Shown here: in pieces, positions 11,061 through 20,573 of the stretch | Layout: each line of letters begins with the position of its first letter | Position numbering within the stretch: position 1 is the stretch's first letter | Origin: Savitreella phatthalungensis | Lineage: Eukaryota | DNA: 64,000 nt | Direction of reading: 5' to 3' | Assembly: GCA_051599415.1 (NCBI GenBank) | Contig: AP039692.1 | Location: 62,001-126,000 of the forward strand | Program-made: the position numbers and the translations under genes | Notes under the pieces: model-generated | Database searches by the model: none | The model's input: only the letters and a program-made list of their open reading frames with translations | What the model was told of the DNA's origin: nothing

Positions 11061-11654
11061 ATGTCATTTACAAGTGTGAATGCGGTCACAGTGTTAGTGA
11101 AAGGTGCCACGGACCAGGATGCCTTAACAACTGCATTCGATCGAATGTCCACACGCGAAGGCTTCGAGACATGTACCTTGCTGGGCGATATCTCCGTGGC
11201 CTGCACTGTCAAGAGCATCAGTCGCAGCAACCTGCGCGACTTTGTGGCAGATCCTGTGGACGGTGTTCCATCTAGGTTGCCAACATTAGTTGCAGCCCTA
11301 GACGTCGAGCTTGCAGACTCGGAGTGTGACGTAATGGAATTTGAATTGACGGAACGCGTAACCTATCTCGGTCTGACACGGGACATACCCGTGCGTGGAA
11401 GTCTGCTCATTTGGCCTGAAGGGAAGATACATTTTGAACGGCGCAGTGCAAGCGACGGCCTCGTCCGGACTTGGAAAGTACGACAATTTGTACAGGGCCC
11501 TCGAACGGATCGAGTCGTAGACGCTGACGAAGTGAACATTATTGAGTCGTTAGAAGGACAGACTACATGGATTTTGCGCTATTTTACAGAGCTGGAAGCA
11601 CGAAGGTCTCATAAGCAGTTGATGTCACGGTTGGAAGAGTTTCTCTCGACTTGA
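11061..11654 (+). CDS. Hypothetical protein, tandem paralog B (197 aa)
   Basis: ATG at 11061; aligns by eye with the 10222-10809 product. Confidence 0.7.
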   Translation: MSFTSVNAVTVLVKGATDQDALTTAFDRMSTREGFETCTLLGDISVACTVKSISRSNLRDFVADPVDGVPSRLPTLVAALDVELADSECDVMEFELTERVTYLGLTRDIPVRGSLLIWPEGKIHFERRSASDGLVRTWKVRQFVQGPRTDRVVDADEVNIIESLEGQTTWILRYFTELEARRSHKQLMSRLEEFLST

Positions 11655-11670
11655 CATCAAGACGGGGCTA

Positions 11671-12254
11671 TCAGGAGTTGAGCTTCTGAACGGCTTTGGC
11701 CTGCAGATATTCCGACAGCTTGACGATACCATTCGCTGTCACAGGCCGATAGGCTTCTCGCATAGGGGTGAAAGTACCATCGACGATCCGCGCGCCGGTC
11801 ACACGGACGGTGCCGATAATGTCCTCAGGGTAAGGAATTCGGCCGTATGGCGGCGGATTCTTATCGTCGCCAATGTGTAGGTGGCCCTCGCCCATAGCAG
11901 CCGCCATAGCTTCTAATACAGGATCCCGATGTGCTTCCGAGGCTACAAATTCCGACAACCAAGAGACAAACTCCGGATTCACTCGGAATGTTCCCGGTGA
12001 TAGATTGATGTCGTTCCCAGCAGCATTGAGAGGGGCGATACCGATTACACCATGAGATCGAGGTTCAGCCGTGCTGACGAAGCTGCACGTAGCTTTGGTT
12101 TTGTCGTCCGATAGGGCTTGAATATGCTTGACGGTTAGTCGATCGTGGACCATGAACGCGCGGTTAGACATACAATATGAGGATATGCTTTGGACTGCAA
12201 TCCTCGAAAGAGAAGCTTCGTCAATCGAGAGGTGCGCGATCGGTGACACAGCAT
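11671..12254 (-). CDS. Conserved fungal protein, probably mitochondrial; join(12174-12254, 11671-12126)
   Basis: 47-nt intron 12127-12173 (GTATGT..ACTAAC..AAG) joins an R/S/L-rich presequence (MLCHRSRTSRLTKLLFRGL) to the conserved core HIGDDKNPPPYGRIPYPEDIIGTV. Confidence 0.75.
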
Positions 12255-12458
12255 ACCGCCCGAGTCAGCTCTAAGCAATCACCTCAAGCGGCTGTTGGGC
12301 CATTAATAAAAATCCTAGCAGCCGTAAATGACGTTCATGATCACGATGATAAATCAGATTGCACAGATTTCCGTGGGGGACCGGAATAGCTGGAAAATCT
12401 ATGGATGATTGTGCTAGCTGTTGGAAAACCTTGTCTACCACGGTGCGGCAACCGGATT

Positions 12459-13211
12459 TCACAGAATAGCATTGACGAGACTTGCACCAACGGCAAAACC
12501 AGCTCCTGTTACAGCGGCATTGCCGAGCTGACCTCCAATCCGATTCAATTTTCCGGTTTTCTTGTTCTCGACGACGGTGATTGACTGCTGACCTGGACCT
12601 TGTGCAGGGGCATACTGTACTGGACGGTAGTCCTGTGGGTTGAATCCCTGCTGACCCATCGGTGCCGGCGGATATTGCTGTGCTTGTGCGAGTGGCACTT
12701 GCTCGAGTGGCGATCTGCCTTGGTCGCTCGTCTTGCGGACGTAATTGCTCGGGAACAGTCCTTCTTTACCATTGATGTCCTTCTTGCCACGCCACCAGTC
12801 GGCATTCATGAATTCCATGACAATTAAGCGGTCGCCTGTTCGGAAGTCGAGGTCACCGGGATCGCCAGAATTATAATCGTACAACGCTTCTGCCTGCGCA
12901 ATGCCTACCGGTAATGGTACTGGGATAGGCTCCGGCGTTGGCGTCGAATGGACTACTGCGGTCTGACCAGCTGCAGGAGACGGTACACCGGGTACGCGGC
13001 GCTTCGCTTCGCTTGTATTCGAGCTGCTTGCGACGTTCAGCTGACCAATATCGGGTAAGGCGTCCAGCTTTGGTTGACCTCGGAACCTGCGCGGGATTCT
13101 TTTTGTGATTTCATCATAGTCTCCATCTGTGATGACGCCGACATCAACAAGATAACCGAGATCTGTGTAAATGTTTCCAATGATGCGATTGACGTACGCC
13201 TGATCAGTCAT
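12459..13211 (-). CDS. SH3-domain protein, Pin3/Lsb1 (Csh3) family
   Basis: AEALYDY..DLDF..GD..WWRG..GLFPSNYV SH3; C-terminal GGQLGNAAVTGAGFAVGASLVNAIL; start ATG 13211. Confidence 0.85.
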   Translation of the reverse strand: MTDQAYVNRIIGNIYTDLGYLVDVGVITDGDYDEITKRIPRRFRGQPKLDALPDIGQLNVASSSNTSEAKRRVPGVPSPAAGQTAVVHSTPTPEPIPVPLPVGIAQAEALYDYNSGDPGDLDFRTGDRLIVMEFMNADWWRGKKDINGKEGLFPSNYVRKTSDQGRSPLEQVPLAQAQQYPPAPMGQQGFNPQDYRPVQYAPAQGPGQQSITVVENKKTGKLNRIGGQLGNAAVTGAGFAVGASLVNAIL

Positions 13212-14277
13212 TGCTAACGGCGCTGATTGTGCTGAGAGACCTGGGCTGATAATAGTTTTTGTGGTGCTGTTCGGTCTACTCCTGTCGCGAATACCCAAAA
13301 GGGGGAACCTGCCGAGGCAGACCAATCGAGATCAGTAGTCGTAAGGGAGAGTAAGGTCTTCGACTCGTGTATCGAGCAGTGGGGGCGATGATGCGGAGGA
13401 TGCGCCGCAGATGAGAACGTTTTCGGGATGAGCTTGCTAATGAGGTCAGTAGGCGGTGAAGGAGCGTCGATTCAAGGTGGGCGTCTTGCGGGGGATGATG
13501 CTATTATTAGGTTCTTCATCACCAACTTACTGACCTTCATTCAATGATTGAATATGACTGTACGTGGCTTTGGCTATTTGTCTAATTTGAGTCAAATGCA
13601 CGTGTACATGAATTTATGGATTTGATGGATATTGATTCAACCGATTGATGGATTTTTGATTCAATTTGTATGCAAGTCATACATGGGGCTGTTTGCACAG
13701 GATTCAATCCATCTGACTGTATTGTGTCTTTCATCTAGCTGGACCAAATGAGATCCATAATTTGATTTTGAAATTGACTAGCTGTCAAATTGCAGGGGTA
13801 CATACATACATAGCTAGGTACATATATAGGATACTCATCTATGCAATCGGATGCTAGATCTAAATCCAGCTCTATAGTGTTGCTATAGCAGCAAGTCCAT
13901 TGGAATTAGAGCACGTGAATCTAGCTAGCCTCATTCAGTCGATTGGGTCTGATGTCGATGTATGGGATGCATATGATGCATGATGAATACATCCATCTAT
14001 CCAGCCGGCACATGCACATTCACAGGCACAGATCAAATTCACGTACGCCTACTTTGTCACTCTAGCACTTTGTCCACTCACTACTCACTCCTCTTATCTG
14101 GGTCACAAAGCTCGAGCTCCAATCTTCTGGGCTTTCGATCCTAAAGCAGTCCGAAGCAGCTTGGGAATATATAGAACACGTCTCTGAGTCTTACAAAGAT
14201 TCGAGATTCGTGCGTCGACCGCTACTACAACAGCTCGAAGCACTTTTCATCTATCGAGGTCATTCAAGGTAAATCTC

Positions 14278-15366
14278 ATGCCGAACAAGAGCTCTTCGTC
14301 CAAGGCCAAGCCGAAAGTTGCAGATGGACCGACAGTCGCCAAATCTGGCTCCACGAGCTCCCTTCTGGACCCGTCGCAGGTCCTCAAAGCTTCTCGTGCT
14401 CTTTTGAAACATATCGGTGATGCCGCCCCAAGTAAGGTTGATCACAAAGATCTACTCGCCGACGAGGAATCTATGCCCGTTGTCTTCCTCTCGATCACAA
14501 CCAAGAAGATGATTGTCGACAAACGACGATTGAAACCAGCTAGAGTTCCGTTGCCTCATGCATTCGCTCCAGAAGATGCAACTGTATGCATGTTTGTCAA
14601 GGATCCACAACGAAAGTACAAGGACTTTGTGGCAGCGGCTGGTCTTGAGAACAAAGTCACACGCGTCGTCGGCATCGAGAAACTGAAAGGTAAGCACAAG
14701 TCGTTCGAGGCTCGCCGTCAGCTTTTGCGCGGGAACGACGTGTTCGTCGCAGACGCTGCTGTTGCTCACCTCCTCCCACAGCTTCTCGGCAAGACCTTCT
14801 ATGGCAAGAAGCAATTACCGATCCCTATTGATGTTCCCACAGATCTCACAAAAGTGGACAATCTTCGAATTGAGCTGGACAAGGCACTGCATGCTACCTA
14901 TCTCCACCTGGCCCCGGGCACATGCACAACGATCAAGGTCGCACATGCTGGTCAAGAGCCTAAGCATGTTCAGGCAAATATAATGGCGGTCGCCGCACAC
15001 GTCATTGAACGTTTTGTGCCTCAAAAGTGGGCAGGCATCCGCGCGCTCCACATAAAGACAGCTGACAGCGTCGCCTTGCCAATCTATCAGGCAGAGGCGG
15101 TCTACGATCCTGCTATCGATCACGTCATCACGCAAGACGAAGTCGATCAGCAGAAGAAGCTCAAGGAGGAAAAGAGAGCGCAGACGCCGAGTGAAAAGCG
15201 TAAGCGCGTAGACGGCATCGAATTAGTCGATGTTCGAGAGGTGGCACCCAAGAAGAGCAAGTCAAACAACGCTCCTGTCGCGGAGGAGCCTAGGCAAGCA
15301 CGCGCGGCTAAAGGTGCGACGCAAAGATCGGCTACTAGAAGCAAGGCTAAGAAGATGGTCGCATAA
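14278..15366 (+). CDS. Ribosomal L1-domain ribosome-biogenesis protein (Cic1/Utp30/RSL1D1)
   Basis: VCMFVKDPQR, LKGKHKSFEARRQL, LPQLLGKTFY, LHIKTADSVALPIY. Confidence 0.9.
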   Translation: MPNKSSSSKAKPKVADGPTVAKSGSTSSLLDPSQVLKASRALLKHIGDAAPSKVDHKDLLADEESMPVVFLSITTKKMIVDKRRLKPARVPLPHAFAPEDATVCMFVKDPQRKYKDFVAAAGLENKVTRVVGIEKLKGKHKSFEARRQLLRGNDVFVADAAVAHLLPQLLGKTFYGKKQLPIPIDVPTDLTKVDNLRIELDKALHATYLHLAPGTCTTIKVAHAGQEPKHVQANIMAVAAHVIERFVPQKWAGIRALHIKTADSVALPIYQAEAVYDPAIDHVITQDEVDQQKKLKEEKRAQTPSEKRKRVDGIELVDVREVAPKKSKSNNAPVAEEPRQARAAKGATQRSATRSKAKKMVA

Positions 15367-15469
15367 GATTCCTCAGTCTAGAGCTCCATCAGTAGAGCTC
15401 TCACAATCTTTACGCGGAAGGTACCCCAGACGTTTTGCTAATGTTAAGCCCCGCATATATGTAAATGCT

Positions 15470-18132
15470 ATGATGTCAATTTTCAGGACACGTCTTCTTT
15501 TGCTATATTGGTGTGTGTCCACTCTCGCAACCATATTGATAGAAAGTGCGTGTCCAGCTCGTGGCCGACATTCTCGCTGGAACGCTTCGTACGCTTCGGC
15601 CTGCTCGCCGGCAAGAGCCTGCTCAAGAACTCGGCATTGTCCCGAGTGATGGCTCAACCGCCTGCGCTGGCTCGTGATGAGCGACCGTACGAGTTACACC
15701 GTGGCAGGCATATTTTGGCAACCGAAGTGCCCGAGGACGCCCCAGAGCTTGTCGTTCGCTGGCACTTTGCCACAGATGTACCGAAGCGCAGGCAGTATGC
15801 CGACAAGCCAAGCGCAGCTACTACCAGTAAGCCCAAATTGCCAACCCAATTCACCCCGTTCTCGGCTGCAGATTCACGTGCGATTGAGGACGCATACCTG
15901 ACGAGTAAGACAGCGGCCGACGATGAACATCTGCCAAGAATACCTGTGAATGAGGATCACTTGTTTGAAGTCAACATTCCAGATCGGGAGCTTGGGGCCA
16001 TCTACTGGCAAGGCCCAGTCTATGAGATTCGTCGCGGCACCTGGCACTTTGCTGATGGTTCTAGCCTAAAACCTTGTGACGAAGTCCTTGCGACCCAGGT
16101 CGAGGATGGCTATCTTAAAATCAAGCCATATCGAACGGGCAATGAAATGACCAGAGTCAGCCAAGACGCCCAGAAGGCCTTCAGCTCGGGTGATCAACTG
16201 GCAGATGTGTCAAAGGACAGTAGATTGGTTGCATCATCTGAAGTCAAGGCGACAGGAGCAGACCTCGCCCGCAGGAAGTCCTTGATCGAGGGCAAGACTG
16301 GGATAGATCAACCGAAAGATCACATGCGGCCGTTGTTTGGCGCATATGCTGGCAAGTATGTACTCTACACCAGTCCTTCAACGGCATGGCTGCTGTCTAA
16401 CGATTTGTATGGCAAAATCTCCTCGTCTTTCTTTCAAAGTATCACAAGAGGAGTGCACATGGGAGGTCAGAAGCTGAAGCGCGGTTTTTCGGATGCCGAG
16501 CAGAGAAAGGCCGCTGCAGCCGCCGCGCAAGCTGCAGAAGAAGCGCAGCAGAAGAAGGAAGAGCAACAGGAACCGCTTACGGAGAGCCTTGAGCAGGCTA
16601 GCTCTGCCAAGGAAGCAGATGCCGGCACTGGCAAGCCATCTGCAGTATCTGGTGAATACGAGCAAGGAGATGACCCTGATCGGAAGATTACGCACTTGAT
16701 TCTTTGCTGCCATGGCATTGGGCAGAAGCTTGGTGAGCGGATGGAAAGCGTCAATTTTGTGCACGACATCAACGTCCTACGGAGAAGCATCAAGAAGAGC
16801 TTCAAGCATTCGCGAGACTTGCAGGCGCTGGCAAGCGACAAGAACAATTGCGGTGTTCAAGTGCTACCAGTGCAGTGGCGACAGGCGATCAAATTTGGAA
16901 TGGCTAGAGATTATGCTGAAGACGAGCAGGATATCAGCAATACAACTGAACATGAAGAGGTTCCTACATTGCAGGATATCACCGTGGAAGGGGTTCAAAC
17001 GATCCGTAACATCGTTTCCGATGTGCTACTTGACATCTTGCTATATTACCAGCCAGCGTACAGAGAGCAGATTGTTCGGGCGGTGTCAGGCGAAATGAAT
17101 CGCATCTACCGACTGTTCAAGTCATATCATCCAGATTTCAACGGCAAGATATCGATCTTGGGCCACTCTTTGGGTTCGGCCATCGCTTTTGACATCCTCT
17201 GTCGACAGCCAGTCGATGAAGGCATGCACAAAATTCCAAAGGAGGTTCATATGGTCGAGAAGAGATTGGCCTTGGATTTTCCAGTGGAAAACTTCTATGC
17301 AGTCGGCAGCCCCATCGGACTCTTCCAGATGTTGCGCGGCAAGACTATCGCAGGCCGGGAACTGCTGCGAGAAGCGCCGCAGGAAGGCACGCCTTTCTCT
17401 CCGCTCGGTCCGATTCACGACCCATTGGAGACAGCGTCTTACAGCGCGTACGCTCAGGCCGCCCACGAGGCCGGTCATGTTCCTTCATCATATCCAAAAT
17501 GCAGAAACATGTACAACATCTTCCACCCGTCAGACCCAGTCTCGTACCGTATCGAACCTCTGGTCTCGAAGCATGCGGCAAAACTCAAGCCATATCCTCT
17601 ACCGTACACAAAAGCGGGCTTCCGACAACAGCTCGTCGGGCTGTCCAGCATCCCTCAAAGGGCGTACGAAGGGGCGAGCTCGTATTGGTCAGCAATTAGG
17701 TCATCTGTGACGAACTCTATTGTCTCAAGGTCGCTTGGCTATGGCGGTATGGACGACAAGTCCTCTGTTCCGCAGCAGCAAAATCAGTCTTCCCAAACAC
17801 AGCAGCTCAATATAGCAGTCCCTGGAACGTCGGCCGGTCAGGAGACATTGTACGCAGCTTTCGAGCGCACTTATGGCGCCAGCTCGCCCTCTCGCCCGGC
17901 ACAGGCCGACTCGAGTCGTGATCCGAAGGCCAGCGCATCTGGTGATGCAAAGTTACGAGCTTTGAATCGGACAGGGCGAATCGATTTCGCTATACAGGAG
18001 GATGTCTTTGGCTCTTCATACGTGTCGGCAATCTCTGCACATCTTCAGTACTGGTCTGACCTCGATTTGGCGTACTTCATTCTGTCGTATCTTAGTGTCG
18101 AGCCGGAGCAACGACGTCCTGATCGACACTGA
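15470..18132 (+). CDS. DDHD-domain phospholipase A1 (Ddl1-like)
   Basis: HLILCCHGIGQ, GHSLGS lipase motif, NIFHPSDPVSYRIEPL, GRIDF..SAHLQYW. Possible first exon 15470-15510 with a 47-nt intron 15511-15557 (GTGTGT..CAG); first unspliced ATG is 15649. Confidence 0.9.
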
Positions 18133-19288
18133 AGGCTTCCTTGACGGGACCGCCGCCAAGACACATGTCACCAGCATAAAGCGCTAAATGCTGACCAGGG
18201 GTGACAGCGAATTGAGGCGCAGAAAAACGAATGTCGACTTTGTCTCCGCGGACGGAGACACGACAGGCCACCGCAACCTCTTCACGATGCGGATCCGACT
18301 GGGCACGTGGGAGCATGTTACCTCGATGCCGTACTTGGCAAAGAAGCTCCCCTTCCCTAAGCTCTCCAGACCAATGGAACTGCTCGACAGTGCAACGATC
18401 GAACCACAGCATAGGATGCTGTCTTCCTCTGACGAGTGTGATGACGGCGGGCTCAATATGTTTACCTATCGTCTTGCGCGCCACATACCATTTGCCCTTC
18501 GTCAGCATGTTGCCTTGAGGTAGTTGCAAACCCGAGGCCTCCCCGATGGTCGTCGCCCAGATACCGCGATGGTCGGATGTCAGTTTGTTGCCGTTCTCGT
18601 CAGTGTAAATTACCGGGCCCGGTTCGAGGTAGTTGGACAAGAAGCTGCTGAATCTCCGGGTATCGGGCTCAACGAAGCATAGACCTTGAGACTCGCGTCT
18701 GCGAGAGACCTTGCTAGGCAGATCTAACTCACGAGCCATAGCGCGCACTTCGTCTTTCGTGTGTTCTGCAAGCGGGAAAATCATCTTGGCCATTGCAGAC
18801 GGTATGACGGTCGACAGGAAAAAGCTTTGATCCTTGTGACGATCCTTTGGCCGGCAGAGTCGACCGTGTCGTACATCAGCATAGTGGCCAGTGGCCAGCC
18901 ACCAGGGCCGTTGTTCTTCACGCTTGGTCAAAATCGACACGAGCGCTCCACATTTCACATAGCGATTGCAGGCGACATCCGGATTTGGCGTCCCGCCAGC
19001 TTTATAGACGTCGAGTGCCGGGGCAAAGACTTTATGCCAATACTCCCGGGACAGATCCACGAGTTCGCAAGGGATATCGAGCTGGGAACAAACAGCTCGA
19101 ACGTCGCGATAGTCCCGCTCGCTGGTGCATGCTGTTCCTGCCTCCTGCTCACGCCAATTACGCATGAAGACACCTCTGATGTCACTATAGCCAGCACGCA
19201 CGAGCAATCCGGCAGAAACTGACGAGTCGATCCCGCCCGACATGGCGACATAGATGCGATCCGTTTTGGCCAAAGCTCTTCCAAACAT
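18092..19288 (-). CDS. SLM3: Mitochondrial tRNA 2-thiouridylase MnmA/Mtu1
   Basis: VAMSGGIDSSV, TPNPDVACNR, ATGHYA, KDQSFFL, ESQGLCFV, AVTPGQ..CLGGG. Confidence 0.93.
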   Translation of the reverse strand: MFGRALAKTDRIYVAMSGGIDSSVSAGLLVRAGYSDIRGVFMRNWREQEAGTACTSERDYRDVRAVCSQLDIPCELVDLSREYWHKVFAPALDVYKAGGTPNPDVACNRYVKCGALVSILTKREEQRPWWLATGHYADVRHGRLCRPKDRHKDQSFFLSTVIPSAMAKMIFPLAEHTKDEVRAMARELDLPSKVSRRRESQGLCFVEPDTRRFSSFLSNYLEPGPVIYTDENGNKLTSDHRGIWATTIGEASGLQLPQGNMLTKGKWYVARKTIGKHIEPAVITLVRGRQHPMLWFDRCTVEQFHWSGELREGELLCQVRHRGNMLPRAQSDPHREEVAVACRVSVRGDKVDIRFSAPQFAVTPGQHLALYAGDMCLGGGPVKEAFSVDQDVVAPARH

Positions 19289-19725
19289 CCGGATATATCC
19301 TCAGACGTGCATGTGACTATCCATTCTACCTGGGGTGGCCATCGTCGCATGAGCTTCCACGCGTTAATCCTGTCGACTCCATCGACAGCATGGCCTCAAA
19401 TTGCGTACATTCTCTCAAGCATCAGCTGGCAGCGTATCGAACGACGGGAGTCCTTCTGGTGTATGGACGACCGGGTAAAGGATTATTTATCTGGAAGGCA
19501 TCCACTGCCCGGCTGTGATTTCCCTACATGCATGGCGCAGCGCGACGTCATACACGCACACCTGCCAGAATTCGATTGAAGCATAACAACGGCAAAGGGA
19601 ATGATCAACACAACATCAAAGACAAGCCTAAAAGATCGATTCTTCGAAAGTCGAATCCGACTGCTCTACTTGATTCTCATAGGACCGAGAGTGACGAACG
19701 CGCTTCATTACAAGCTGTTTGCATC

Positions 19726-20283
19726 ATGTCTTTTGACCGTGATTTGCGACGCAAAGAGCAGGCGAAGTACGATGAGCGTTTCGATTCCATGTGCGAGGAA
19801 GCGCGCGCTTGGCTACAAGAAGTGCTCGGGCGATCAGTCGAGGGAGATCTGATCGATTCGCTACGCGATGGATCGATCCTCTGCGAGGTATGCAACGTCA
19901 TCATTCCCGGATCAGTCCGTGGACGAAAGAGTGGCATGCCGTTCGTGCAGATGGAGAACATCGGGATGTTTCTCTCATTTGCACGGGACAAGCTGGGAAT
20001 CCCTGCACATGACATGTTCCAGACCGTAGACCTATACGAGCGGAAGAATACTTACCAGGTCATTCAGTGTATCCATACACTTTCACGATATGCTCAGACA
20101 AAGGCTGGACTCGAGGTGCGTGGGCTCGGTCCGAAGATGAGCACATCCAATTCACGTGACTTCACGAAAGAACAACTGGCTGAAGCTCGCAACACAGTGA
20201 ATACATTCCAATATGGCAAGCACACAGGCTCTACCAATGTCCTGCGCTCTTCTCGGAGAGATCCAGCAGGAAATATCTATTGA
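19726..20283 (+). CDS. Calponin/transgelin (Scp1/Stg1) actin-binding protein
   Basis: CH domain (LRDGSILCE, MPFVQMENI, FQTVDLYERKN) plus calponin repeat FQYG; ATG 19726. Confidence 0.88.
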   Translation: MSFDRDLRRKEQAKYDERFDSMCEEARAWLQEVLGRSVEGDLIDSLRDGSILCEVCNVIIPGSVRGRKSGMPFVQMENIGMFLSFARDKLGIPAHDMFQTVDLYERKNTYQVIQCIHTLSRYAQTKAGLEVRGLGPKMSTSNSRDFTKEQLAEARNTVNTFQYGKHTGSTNVLRSSRRDPAGNIY

Positions 20284-20538
20284 GCTCGCTGAAGAAAATC
20301 CGTCATCTTGTTCTCTTTCTTCGGAAGCGGAGGACGGGACCTGCGCAAGCGAGAGACTGGTTCGGCGTACACCGTAGGCGGTGTCATGCGTGGTGGCGAC
20401 CATTCGCGAGCACAGACCCGTGGGGGATGATTGCCAAAGAGCTCCTCTTCTAGATCATCCACATCGTCGTCGAGAGTGCTGATCATGTTGTTCCCGACCT
20501 GCTCTCGTAGCGTTGTCTCCAGTGCCTCAAACTCGCCA
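20277..20538 (-). CDS. Putative alternative last exon of the SRAP-Tad3 gene
   Basis: 45-nt intron 20539-20583 (GTACGT donor, GCTGAC branch, TAG acceptor) removes two in-frame stops and joins an open frame ending KKENKMTDFLQRAQ*. Confidence 0.55.
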
Positions 20539-20573
20539 CTACCGGTCAGCACAGACTCAGTTCGTCAGAATTG

